43,075 nt of DNA from a virus. Lineage: Duplodnaviria > Caudoviricetes. The notes under the pieces were generated by a model that worked only from the letters and a program-made list of their open reading frames with translations, did no database searches and had not been told where the DNA came from. Both the position numbers and the translations under genes were made by a program. Each line of letters begins with the position of its first letter. Positions within the stretch are counted from its first letter, which is position 1. The DNA lies in IMG/VR virus record IMGVR_UViG_3300037467_001389, positions 1 to 43,075 of that record. One strand, written 5' to 3'. Below are positions 33,761 to 42,636 of the stretch, piece by piece.

Positions 33761-35337
33761 TGCAGAGGCTCCTCGCGCATCCGCTGGCCGATCTGTTTCC
33801 GCTGATCGAAGGCGATGATTTCTCCGCGCTTGTCGAGGATATCCGCCAGCATGGCGTGATCGACCGGATCGAACTGCTGGACGGCCAGATTCTTGACGGC
33901 CGCAATCGCTACAACGCGCTGGTGCATCTGGTCGAAAGCGGCGAGGTGCTTGGCGAGGGCTGGAGCCATCGCGCCGGCGAGCCGTTGTCGGCCGAAGGCT
34001 TGGAGCCGGATAACCAGTGGTTCCGCAAGTTCAACCGCCACGTCGACGGCGACCCGCTGCCGTGGGTGTTGTCGAAGAATCTGAAGCGCCGTCATCTCGA
34101 CGAAAGTCAGCGCGCCATGGTGGCGGCGCGGATCGCCAACATGGGCGTCGGCCGTCCGAAAGCCGAGTTCGAACCTGCGCCGGCACATATTCCGCCAATT
34201 GGCGGAATTTCCGCCAAGGCGACGGCGGCGATGCTCAACGTCGGAAGCCGCAGCGTCGAGCGCGCGCGCACGGTGTTGAAGGAAGGCGCGCCCGAACTCC
34301 AACACGCGGTCGAGCAGGGCAAGGTCGCAGTGTCGACCGCCGAGACCATCGCCAGCCTGCCGCAAGCCGAACAGGCCGAGATCGTCGCGCGTGGCGAAAG
34401 GGAAGTGCTCGCCGCCGCCAAGGAAATCCGCTCGCGCCAGCGCCGTGATCGTTTCGAGCAGGTCAATCAGAAGCTGGCGGCGATTTCGGAAGGCTCCAAG
34501 CCGCTGCCGACCGGCCAGCGCTACCCGATCATCTATGCCGACCCGGCCACACGTTACGTCTCCGGCTTCGGTGATCGCTCGATCGAGAACCACTATCCGA
34601 CGATGACAACCGAGGAGCTTTGCGCGTTTCCGGTCGGCGAACTCGCGATGAAGGATGCGGTGCTGTTCATCTGGTCGACGGTGCCGCAGCTCGCCAACAC
34701 CATGAAGATCATCGAAGCGTGGGGCTTCAAGTACGTGTCCGAGTGGTGCTGGGACAAGGTCGATCAGGGCACCGGGCATTGGGGATTCAGTGCCCATGAG
34801 CCGCTGCTGATCGCGACGCGCGGCGACTTCCCGGCGCCGGTGCCTGGCACCCAGCCGAGGTCGCTCTATCGCGAGAAGAAAGGCGATCACTCGGAGAAGC
34901 CCGCATGGTTTGCCGAGCAGATCGAACGCATCTGGCCTGCCTTGCCGAAGATCGAACTGTTCTGCCGCACGCCGCGCGCGGGCTGGTCAGTTTGGGGCAA
35001 CCAGGCCGACACTTCCGCCGATGGGGTCGTGAGCTCTCTACCTGCGGGAGAGAGTGAGCTTGTGGTGACACAGGCTTCCACGTCGGCGGAAACGGCGGAG
35101 GATGGTGGGTCTGTCACGCCATCCTCCGTCATCGAAATACCCGGAGAGGGGGCGTCTGGTACGGCTCGCAAGGCTCCCAGCGCCGGTAGCGGTGACGTCG
35201 ATATGCAGTCGACGTCCGGGACTCAGTCCGCGCCCCCGCAGCCCGTCGACGACATGCTGGAAATTCCCGCCTTCCTCCGGCGCCGGTCCGGCAATCGGTT
35301 TTCCGAACTGATCGAGGCTTCCCATGAGACTGCCTGA
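33760..35337 (+). CDS. ParB-like N-domain fused to MT-A70 (IME4-like) adenine methyltransferase
   Basis: HPLADLFP, ILDGRNRY, N..RRHL..SQRAM; IIYADP, HYPTM, LFIW, WGFKY, HSEKP, KIELF.R..GW.VWGNQ motifs. Confidence 0.9.
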   Translation: MQRLLAHPLADLFPLIEGDDFSALVEDIRQHGVIDRIELLDGQILDGRNRYNALVHLVESGEVLGEGWSHRAGEPLSAEGLEPDNQWFRKFNRHVDGDPLPWVLSKNLKRRHLDESQRAMVAARIANMGVGRPKAEFEPAPAHIPPIGGISAKATAAMLNVGSRSVERARTVLKEGAPELQHAVEQGKVAVSTAETIASLPQAEQAEIVARGEREVLAAAKEIRSRQRRDRFEQVNQKLAAISEGSKPLPTGQRYPIIYADPATRYVSGFGDRSIENHYPTMTTEELCAFPVGELAMKDAVLFIWSTVPQLANTMKIIEAWGFKYVSEWCWDKVDQGTGHWGFSAHEPLLIATRGDFPAPVPGTQPRSLYREKKGDHSEKPAWFAEQIERIWPALPKIELFCRTPRAGWSVWGNQADTSADGVVSSLPAGESELVVTQASTSAETAEDGGSVTPSSVIEIPGEGASGTARKAPSAGSGDVDMQSTSGTQSAPPQPVDDMLEIPAFLRRRSGNRFSELIEASHETA

Positions 35338-35806
35338 ATTCCTGCGCCATGCGTTGCACGAACGGATTGATCGCGTCGCGTCGTCGCGACCGCCGGATTT
35401 CATCATCGGAAAGCCAGACGACGATTATCTGCGCCGCTGGTGGATCATCCCGCGCAACCGCTTCTTCAACATCTACCTGCACCACTTCATTCGCAGCGAC
35501 GATGATCGGGCGCTGCACGATCATCCATGGTGGAACGCGTCGCTGCTGATCGTCGGAGAGTACACCGAGCACACCATCGCCGCCGGCGGTGTCAGTAGCC
35601 ACATCGTCTATCGCGCCGGCGACATCAAGCTGCGCGGCGCGAAGTCGGCGCACCGCGTCGAACTGCACGCCGGGCCGTGCTGGACAATCTTCATCACCGG
35701 TCCGCGCCTGCGGGAATGGGGCTTCCATTGTCCCGCTGGCTGGCGTCCGTGGCACAAGTTCGTTGCCAGCGGCAAGCCCGGCGAGATCGGTCCGGGGTGC
35801 GACTGA
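35324..35806 (+). CDS. Cupin-like phage protein
   Basis: YLRRW, YLHHF.RSDDDRALHDHPW, HRVEL, TGP..REWGF motifs. Confidence 0.75.
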   Translation: MRLPEFLRHALHERIDRVASSRPPDFIIGKPDDDYLRRWWIIPRNRFFNIYLHHFIRSDDDRALHDHPWWNASLLIVGEYTEHTIAAGGVSSHIVYRAGDIKLRGAKSAHRVELHAGPCWTIFITGPRLREWGFHCPAGWRPWHKFVASGKPGEIGPGCD

Positions 35807-35997
35807 TGAGCTTTCGCAACACAGTGTCCGATCATCGCCGGACCGTCATGCGCCGGGTGACCGACGCCAGCCTGAGAGCTGCGCTCCGGGGCGAGCCGAG
35901 CCGTGACGATCTCCGCGAGATGCTCGCGGAAGCCGCGCGCAACACCGCGAAACTTTCAACCCCAGCCAATGGAGAGAACCATGCGTCCGATTACTGA
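35806..35997 (+). CDS. Small hypothetical protein
   Basis: TGATG-coupled; LAEAARNT motif. Confidence 0.5.
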   Translation: MSFRNTVSDHRRTVMRRVTDASLRAALRGEPSRDDLREMLAEAARNTAKLSTPANGENHASDY

Positions 35998-36079
35998 CGT
36001 CCTGCGGGAGGCGCGCGGCGGTCGCGTGGCCGATCTCGCCAGCCGCCGCCTGGCCGAACTGGTGCAAGCCGCGCGCTGA
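35981..36079 (+). pseudogene. Truncated remnant (32 aa) of a common phage early gene
   Basis: GGAGAG SD; MRPITDVLREARGGRVADLASRRLAELVQA matches the N-terminus of a longer family but stops early. Confidence 0.5.
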
Positions 36080-36081
36080 CC

Positions 36082-36309
36082 ATGCTGGCGTCGCACCGGA
36101 AATCACCGAACCGATTGCGCGAACTACGCCAGCGCGTCCATGCGCTGGTGCAGCAGCGACTCGGTAATCGGGTGATCTGCACACGGTGCGGCGCCACCAA
36201 CTCCACCTTCGCCGAGAAGTGCACCGCCAATTTCCCGGACGCGTGTCCCGGCTTCAACGTAATCGAGCGCGTCCGAGAGGATGCAGCCAAGGAAGTGGGG
36301 CTGACGTGA
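36082..36309 (+). CDS. Zn-finger-like hypothetical protein
   Basis: CTRCGAT...C.A....CPGF, four Cys. Confidence 0.6.
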   Translation: MLASHRKSPNRLRELRQRVHALVQQRLGNRVICTRCGATNSTFAEKCTANFPDACPGFNVIERVREDAAKEVGLT

Positions 36310-36554
36310 CGCTGTTTACCGACATTCTTCCTGACGAAGACGGCGATGCCGGAGTGCATATCGGGCAGCTCGCCGAGGCAATTTCAGTGTGGACGTGGAT
36401 GCAGCCGGAGCAGCAGACAGTCGCGGATGCAGCGCTCACCTTCAACACCACGCCGCAGATCGTGCGCGACGCCATTGCAATCCATCCGTGGTGCTTCGTC
36501 TCGGGTCCAAACGACGATCCGATGAAACAAACGATCGAGCACGACGGGGAATAG
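36306..36554 (+). CDS. Hypothetical protein (HTH-like)
   Basis: GTGA-coupled; VW..MQ...TVA.AA..FN.TP...IEHDGE motif. Confidence 0.65.
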   Translation: MTLFTDILPDEDGDAGVHIGQLAEAISVWTWMQPEQQTVADAALTFNTTPQIVRDAIAIHPWCFVSGPNDDPMKQTIEHDGE

Positions 36555-36557
36555 AGC

Positions 36558-37064
36558 ATGAAGATGAAAGCCATCACCGTCTGGCAGCCATGGGCGACGC
36601 TGATCATGGTAGGTGCGAAGCCTTGGGAGTTTCGCAACAGTCCCTACTGGCAATACATCGGCGGCCCGCGCGAGGCCGGCACGCGCATCGTCATTCAGGC
36701 GGGCTCGCGTCCGGTACGTCCGGCCGAAGTTGAGGATCTGCTGCGCCGGATCGATTCCGAATCCGCGCAAGAGCGCACCGGCCTGATCGCAGAGATCGCG
36801 CGGGACGTGTTGCTGAAGGTGAAGGCCGCGCATAAATGCCGGCTGCTGCCGCTCGGCATGGCGCTCGGCACCGTGGTGCTCGGCGAGCCGGTGCTGTCCT
36901 GCGATCTGTTCAAGCTGAACGTCGCCGATAGTGATCGCGGTCAATTCAATTGGGCTTGGCCTGTGAGCTGCATTCGGCCGTTTGCGCCGCCGTTTCCTGT
37001 TCGCGGCTCGCAGGGCTTCTTCGATGTCGATGTGTCGGATGATCTGTTGCGAGGTGCGGCATGA
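36558..37064 (+). CDS. ASCH-domain protein
   Basis: MKAITVWQPWATLI..GAK..E.R and P.PVRG.QGFF signature. Confidence 0.88.
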   Translation: MKMKAITVWQPWATLIMVGAKPWEFRNSPYWQYIGGPREAGTRIVIQAGSRPVRPAEVEDLLRRIDSESAQERTGLIAEIARDVLLKVKAAHKCRLLPLGMALGTVVLGEPVLSCDLFKLNVADSDRGQFNWAWPVSCIRPFAPPFPVRGSQGFFDVDVSDDLLRGAA

Positions 37065-37888
37065 TGGAAGCCGGCATCCGCGAGATCCTCGATAACAACG
37101 CCATCGTTGGCGCGCCAAAGCTCGGCGCGCGGCGGTTCTGGACGACGACGGAGGAAGCGATCCTTCGGGATAATTACGAGCGGTTCGGCGTGGCCGGTTG
37201 CGTTAAGCTGTTGCCCGGACGGACTGCGAACTCGATCTACAATCATGTCGGCGTCATGGGGCTGCGCCGGGCGGGCCGGTCGACCCACAACTTCCGCAAA
37301 CAGATCTGGACGTCAAATCCGCAGATCGACGCGCTGATCACCCGCGTCGTGCAGGGAACGCCGCGGCGAAACATGATGAAGGATCTGGCGCGCACCGTCG
37401 GTCGGCCGCGCTGGTGGGTGTCGAAGCGGGCGATCCAGCTCGGTCTGACGACGCCGCGTTTCAAGGAAGCGCGTTGGACCGAAGAGGAACTTGAACTGGC
37501 GGTCGCCAACGCGCATCGGACGCCGCGCACCATCCGCAAAATGCTGCTGGCGAAAGGTTTCAAGCGCAGTGAAACCGCGATCCTCGTCAAGCTCAAGCAT
37601 GAGGGCTACGCCACCGGCCGGAACGCCGACGATAATCATTACACCGCGCACGCGTTGGCGTCGGCCTTCGGCGTCGATGGCAAGACGGTGACGCGCTGGG
37701 TCGCAATCGGATTGTTGCGCGCGCGCAAACGCGGAACCGAACGTGTTTCAGCGCAGGGTGGCGACGAATGGCGGATTCATCGCAGCGACGTCCGCGCCTT
37801 CATCATCGGCAACGTCAACACCGTCGATTTCCGCAAGATCGATAAATTCTGGCTGGTCGATCTCCTCGCGCACAAGGAAGGCGTGTGA
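37061..37888 (+). CDS. Multi-HTH DNA-binding protein (Myb/SANT-like WT..E repeats + MerR-like HTH)
   Basis: FWTTTEEAIL, IWTS and RWTEEELEL repeats; YTA..LA..FGVD.KTV.RW...GLL.A. Confidence 0.7.
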   Translation: MMEAGIREILDNNAIVGAPKLGARRFWTTTEEAILRDNYERFGVAGCVKLLPGRTANSIYNHVGVMGLRRAGRSTHNFRKQIWTSNPQIDALITRVVQGTPRRNMMKDLARTVGRPRWWVSKRAIQLGLTTPRFKEARWTEEELELAVANAHRTPRTIRKMLLAKGFKRSETAILVKLKHEGYATGRNADDNHYTAHALASAFGVDGKTVTRWVAIGLLRARKRGTERVSAQGGDEWRIHRSDVRAFIIGNVNTVDFRKIDKFWLVDLLAHKEGV

Positions 37889-39888
37889 TGCTGGAGGACC
37901 TCGTCGACGAAATTATCATCGACAGCTTCGCCGGCGGCGGCGGGACGTCGGAAGGCATTGTCGCGGCGCTCGGCCGCGATCCCGACATCGCGGTGAACCA
38001 TGACCGCTTCGCCCTGGCGATGCACCGAATCAATCATCCAAACACCAAGCACGCCGTCGAGGACGTGGTCACCGTCGATGCCGTCTCGATGTGCGCCGGC
38101 CGGCCGATCGGCATGTTGTGGATGTCACCGGATTGCAAGGATCACAGCAAGGCGAAGGGCGGCAAGCCGCGCGACAAGAATATTCGCGGTCTCGCTTGGG
38201 CGGTGTTCGGCTGGGTCAAGGCGCTGCCGGAATGGCAACGACCGCGCGTCGTGTTCCTTGAGAACGTCGAGGAATTTCAGGACTGGTCGCCGTTGCTGCC
38301 GAACGGCAAGCGTGACGCCCGTGCGAAGGGTGTGATCTTCGAACAGTTCGTCGCGGCGTGGCGCGCGCTCGGCTACGGCCAGATCGAATGGCGCGAGCGC
38401 CGCGCCTGGCGCGCCGGCCGCAAGCTGCAGGCCGCAACGATCCGCAAGCGCCTTTACATGATCATCCGCCGCGATGGCGAGCCGATCGTGTGGCCCGAAC
38501 CCTCGCATGGTGATCCTTCGTGTGCGGACGATGCCGCGAAGATTGCCGCCGGCCTCGTGACACCATGGAAGCCCGTTGCGGATTGCATCGACTGGTCACT
38601 GCCGTGCCCGTCGATCTTCGATACGTCGGCCGAGATCAAAGCGAAGTTCGGTATTCGAGCCAATCGGCCGCTGGTCGACAACACCATGGCGCGCATTGCC
38701 AAGGGGACGTATCGCTACGTGCTTGAGGCGGCGAAGCCGTTCATTGTTCCTGTGACGCATGTGGGTGATCGGCGCGCGAACTCCGTCGATGAGCCGCTGC
38801 GGACGATCACGACGGCGAAGCGTGGCGAACACGCTGTGGTGACGCCGTTCATTACCAAATTTCAGACCGGGTCAGTCGGACATGCTGCGACCGAACCTCT
38901 GCACACCATCACCAGCCATGCCAGCGACCACCACGGCGGCGGTGCCGCGCCGATCGGGATCGTCACGCCGGTTCTGGTCGGCTGCGGCGGCCGCGCGGCT
39001 CAGACCGAACCGCGCTCGGCGAACGAGCCCGTTATCACGCAGACCGGCAAGCCCGACCTGTGCTTGGCATCGGTCCACCTGTCGACCATGCGCAATTCGC
39101 AGAAGCCGTTCAATGAGGCCGACAAGCCAGCGCATACACTCACCGCCGGCGGCGCGAACCTCAGCGTCGTCAGCGCCTTCATGGCACAGCATACGGCGGG
39201 CTCGCATCCCGGCGTACCAGCGAAGGCCATGGACGAGCCCGTATCGACCATTACCGCCGCCGGCAGCCAACAGTCTCTCGCCGTTGCGCACATGGTCAAT
39301 CTGCACGGCTCGGCCCGCCGCGGCGCGTCGGCATCGGAGCCGTTGCGCACATTGACGTCGGGCGGCACCCATGCCGGGACGGTGCTAGGCTTCCTCGCCA
39401 AGTATTACGGCGCGGGACTACCGAGCCAGGATTGCGCCGAACCGTTGCATACCGACACGGCAAAGCCGCGCTTCGGCTTGGTGAAGGCCGCCGCGGCATT
39501 GCCGCCGTTCGGCCCGGAGCATTGGGAGCGCGCCCGACAGGTTGCGGCGTTTCTGCGCGCGCACGGCTATTGGGACGATCGCGAGTTCGTCACCATCGAT
39601 ATCGATGGCGTCACCTTCGTGATCATCGATATCGGTATGCGAATGTTGACGCCGCGCGAACGCTTTACCGCGCAAGGTTTCCGGTCCGATTACATCATCG
39701 ATCGTGGCATCCTCGAGGATGGCACCGAGATCAAGTTCACCGCCGAGCAGCAAGGCTACATGTGCGGCAACTCGGTGTGTCCGCCTGAAGCTGAGGACCT
39801 GATCCGTGAGAACTATCAGCCGCGCCAGGTGCGCCGGCCGCGCGCAACGCCGCGATCTGCGCCATTGCTGGAGGCGGCAGCATCGTGA
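37888..39888 (+). CDS. DNA cytosine-C5 methyltransferase
   Basis: Motif I FAGGGG, IV SPDC, VI LENVEEF, VIII TIRKRLY, IX RMLTPRE..AQGF, X GNSVCP. Confidence 0.95.
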   Translation: MLEDLVDEIIIDSFAGGGGTSEGIVAALGRDPDIAVNHDRFALAMHRINHPNTKHAVEDVVTVDAVSMCAGRPIGMLWMSPDCKDHSKAKGGKPRDKNIRGLAWAVFGWVKALPEWQRPRVVFLENVEEFQDWSPLLPNGKRDARAKGVIFEQFVAAWRALGYGQIEWRERRAWRAGRKLQAATIRKRLYMIIRRDGEPIVWPEPSHGDPSCADDAAKIAAGLVTPWKPVADCIDWSLPCPSIFDTSAEIKAKFGIRANRPLVDNTMARIAKGTYRYVLEAAKPFIVPVTHVGDRRANSVDEPLRTITTAKRGEHAVVTPFITKFQTGSVGHAATEPLHTITSHASDHHGGGAAPIGIVTPVLVGCGGRAAQTEPRSANEPVITQTGKPDLCLASVHLSTMRNSQKPFNEADKPAHTLTAGGANLSVVSAFMAQHTAGSHPGVPAKAMDEPVSTITAAGSQQSLAVAHMVNLHGSARRGASASEPLRTLTSGGTHAGTVLGFLAKYYGAGLPSQDCAEPLHTDTAKPRFGLVKAAAALPPFGPEHWERARQVAAFLRAHGYWDDREFVTIDIDGVTFVIIDIGMRMLTPRERFTAQGFRSDYIIDRGILEDGTEIKFTAEQQGYMCGNSVCPPEAEDLIRENYQPRQVRRPRATPRSAPLLEAAAS

Positions 39889-40103
39889 CAGTGGCGAAGA
39901 ACCGGCATCAATGGGGCAAGCCGCAGCGTTACCTGCACAAGACGGAACGCGTCTGCATCAAGTGCGGATTGGTCAAGGTCACCCGTCATGAGGCGGAGGG
40001 CCCGCGCGATCTGCACTGGATGGAATATTGGCGCGGTCTCGATCAGATCAAATCGCATACGACGCCGGCGTGCGAGCCGCAGACTGTGCAGGTGTCGACA
40101 TGA
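39885..40103 (+). CDS. Small CxxC hypothetical protein
   Basis: RH.W.....KTER.C.KCG motif; coupled at both ends. Confidence 0.6.
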   Translation: MTVAKNRHQWGKPQRYLHKTERVCIKCGLVKVTRHEAEGPRDLHWMEYWRGLDQIKSHTTPACEPQTVQVST

Positions 40104-40453
40104 CCGTCTACGTCGACGATGTCCGACATCAGTTCGGCCGCATGGTGATGTGCCACATGTGGGCCGACAGTCTCGATGAGCTGCTCGCCATGGCCGACCA
40201 GATCGGCGTCGCGCGACAGTGGCTTCAGGGTCACCCGACGTTGTCGTTCGGAAAACACCGCAATGCGTCGTGGGTCCACTTCGATATCGCCGCCAGCAAA
40301 AAGATGCGTGCCCGCCAGCTCGGCGCGGTGCTGACAGACAAGTTCGGCCCGCTCGAATACCTCGCCAAGATCGATATCGCCACCGGCGACGCCGAACATG
40401 TCGCGCGCGGCGAAACGAAGCTGCGGCAAATCGCGGCGAGCCGCGCCTTGTGA
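40100..40453 (+). CDS. DUF4031 family protein
   Basis: MTVYVDD...[15 protein letters not shown]...W.Q...HFDI signature. Confidence 0.88.
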   Translation: MTVYVDDVRHQFGRMVMCHMWADSLDELLAMADQIGVARQWLQGHPTLSFGKHRNASWVHFDIAASKKMRARQLGAVLTDKFGPLEYLAKIDIATGDAEHVARGETKLRQIAASRAL

Positions 40454-40513
40454 CGAATTCCAGTGTCAGTTGCGTACCGCGTCCGTTGAAATCCTGACCT
40501 TCGAGAGACAACC

Positions 40514-41659
40514 ATGAGCATCAAGGCCATGACATGGGCCTTCGAGCTGCCGCTCGAACCGCGCGCCAAGATCGCGTTGCTGGCGATCGCCGACAACGCG
40601 CGCGATGACGGTGTCGCCTGGCCATCGCGGGACACCATCGCAGCGAAGTCATCGCAGTCGCGCGCCACGGTCGGCCGGCGCGTCAAATATCTCGTCGAGC
40701 ATGGCGTGATCTCCGTCCATCAGCGATTTCGCGAGGACGGCACACAGACGACGGATGAAATCCATCTCAATCTAACGTTGACGCCGGACGAACTGGCGCG
40801 GCGGCTCGATTCATCGCGCGTCGACGATGCCGATGACGTTGGCGGCGACGACGAATCCGGCGCTGATGGGGGAGGGTGTCAGGCTGATACCCTAGGGTCG
40901 CACTCGTGCAACCCGGGGGTCGCAGTCGTGACAGGGGGAGGGTTGCACTCGTGCAACCCCCATAATGAACCGTCACTTGAACCAGAGTCTCCCCCCAGCC
41001 CCCCTCCGGGGGGGAGTGGTCCGCTGTCGAAAGAGGATCGGGAGGCAAACGAGAAACGGCAGACGTTGTGGCGACGGTTCCTCGCAACGTACCCCGGTAT
41101 CGCCACGATGGATCAGCAGGCAGCGGGCGATGAGTTCAATCGGCTGGCGTTGAGCGATGCGGAATGGGCGGTTGCTGCTAGCGGATTGTATGATACCGAT
41201 TGCCGCAAGCTGCGGAAGCCGCCAAAGAACGCGCACCTTTGGCTGCGCAAGCGGATGTTCGGCAACTTCCCGCGCGATGCGACGGCGGCCAAGGCCAGCA
41301 CCAGCGCCTACGTCCGCATCGATCCGTCGTCGGTTGAGGGCCGGGCGGTGATCGCAGTGTGCACGCTGGCGCGGGCATCGCGACCGTTCTCGTCGGGCGA
41401 CGGCAAGATGAACTATCGCGGCGAGATCACACCGCAGTTGCTGGCGCTGGCGGATGCGCCGCCCCGCGATGACTGGCTCAAGATCAGCGATCGACAGCAA
41501 CTCGGGGCATGGGGCGGCTTCATCAGCAAGTACGTCACCACGTCGCGCGCTCCGATGGAAACCGACGACGACGGGCCGTTTCTCCGGGCGCCATGGTCAT
41601 GGCCGCCACGGGTGGATGGAACGCTTTGCGATGATGGGCAATCGGGAGAGAGCGAGTGA
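40514..41659 (+). CDS. Replication initiator (HTH_36-type)
   Basis: MSIKAMTWA, LLAIADNA..G.AWPS..TIA wHTH; central iteron block; F...YP C-terminal domain. Confidence 0.85.
   Translation: MSIKAMTWAFELPLEPRAKIALLAIADNARDDGVAWPSRDTIAAKSSQSRATVGRRVKYLVEHGVISVHQRFREDGTQTTDEIHLNLTLTPDELARRLDSSRVDDADDVGGDDESGADGGGCQADTLGSHSCNPGVAVVTGGGLHSCNPHNEPSLEPESPPSPPPGGSGPLSKEDREANEKRQTLWRRFLATYPGIATMDQQAAGDEFNRLALSDAEWAVAASGLYDTDCRKLRKPPKNAHLWLRKRMFGNFPRDATAAKASTSAYVRIDPSSVEGRAVIAVCTLARASRPFSSGDGKMNYRGEITPQLLALADAPPRDDWLKISDRQQLGAWGGFISKYVTTSRAPMETDDDGPFLRAPWSWPPRVDGTLCDDGQSGESE
40874..40959. repeat. Origin iterons inside the initiator gene
   Basis: Four ~20-bp units at 40874, 40895, 40917 and 40940, e.g. 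GGGTCGCACTCGTGCAACCC and GGGTTGCACTCGTGCAACCC. Confidence 0.75.
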
Positions 41660-42321
41660 AACCTGCTGACGCGACGCAATGGCGCGTCGGCGATATCGTC
41701 GACGTTGTGCAAGATCAGTTGGTGCCGACGCCGTCGCCGGCCTGGCATCTTGTCCAGGTGATGTCGGGCCGCGAGCGAACCATCGCCGAGTTCCTACACC
41801 GCTACAAGTTCGAAACGTATTATCCGCTCACCACGGTGATGAAGACGGTGCCACGCAAACGGCTTTCGGCAAAACAGCGTCGCAGCAGAGCGCGGATTAT
41901 GCGGCCGAAGATCGTACCGTTACTGCCGGGCTACCTTCTGGTGTTGATGGACATGGCGTCGGGCGACTGGCATTCGCTGTTTCGCCTGGCCGGCGTGCAT
42001 GGCGTGTGGTGTGAGGGCGATCTACCGGTACCGATCAGACAACGGGACCTCGACAATCTCCGCTGGCGCGAGGTCGATGGAGTGATACCCGGCGACGTGA
42101 CGCTTGCCTCGCTGTTCTGCGGTAAAGTCGGGGATCAGGTGCGGATCGTGTCCGGACCATTTGCATCGTTCCCGGCTGTAATCGAGGAATTGCCTCCGGG
42201 TTATCAACCGGGCCAGCGTCTCGATGAACTTGACGAATCGAAACGAGTGACGCTTCTTATCAACATCTTCGGTCGACCGACGCCCACCCACCTTTCGATT
42301 GGTGAATACGAGCCGGTCTGA
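41656..42321 (+). CDS. NusG/RfaH-family late antiterminator
   Basis: NGN domain (WHLVQVMSGRE, PLLPGYLLV) and KOW domain (VGDQVRIVSGPFASF, IFGRPTP); Q-equivalent position. Confidence 0.9.
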   Translation: MKPADATQWRVGDIVDVVQDQLVPTPSPAWHLVQVMSGRERTIAEFLHRYKFETYYPLTTVMKTVPRKRLSAKQRRSRARIMRPKIVPLLPGYLLVLMDMASGDWHSLFRLAGVHGVWCEGDLPVPIRQRDLDNLRWREVDGVIPGDVTLASLFCGKVGDQVRIVSGPFASFPAVIEELPPGYQPGQRLDELDESKRVTLLINIFGRPTPTHLSIGEYEPV

Positions 42322-42380
42322 CAGCGCAAAGCGCAACAGCCACCCCCGTAGCCACCCGGAGTGCAGCGCATGCCATGTCC

Positions 42381-42410
42381 AAGCCTCGCCCGCGCGGGGC
42401 TTTGTCATTT
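42381..42410 (+). terminator. Terminator-like hairpin 1 in the late leader
   Basis: AAGCCTCGC-CCGC-GCGGGGCTT followed by TGTCATTT. Confidence 0.55.
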
Positions 42411-42440
42411 CAGGACATAGGGTGTGATCCATCGTCACCG

Positions 42441-42512
42441 CGCGGGAGACGTCGCCATGAAGTAGCTCATCGCACCATAACCTTCAGGGAGAGCCCGGCC
42501 TGCATGTCCGCA
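42441..42512 (+). pseudogene. Possible decayed tRNA-fMet
   Basis: CGCGGG, GTAGCTC, CATAACCT, AGG, CCTGC and CCGCA blocks in tRNA-fMet order and about the same spacing; cloverleaf not intact. Confidence 0.4.
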
Positions 42513-42530
42513 GCGCCGGGCTTTTGCGTT
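42492..42530 (+). terminator. Terminator-like hairpin 2 in the late leader
   Basis: AGCCCGGC...GCCGGGCT followed by TTTGCGTT. Confidence 0.6.
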
Positions 42531-42636
42531 CATAGGGTGAGCGGTCGCAATGGTGTGGTCGCTGCCCTCCTTGTGCGTTTCCTCCCTAGACTTGCGGGCT
42601 GCTGTCATCGGTCGATGCGGCAGCCCATTGTTTGAG

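Noticed and set aside
33760-39888. Restriction-modification or BREX/DISARM-type defence system
   Set aside because: Both MTases are orphan types common in phage early regions; no endonuclease, helicase or ATPase partners.
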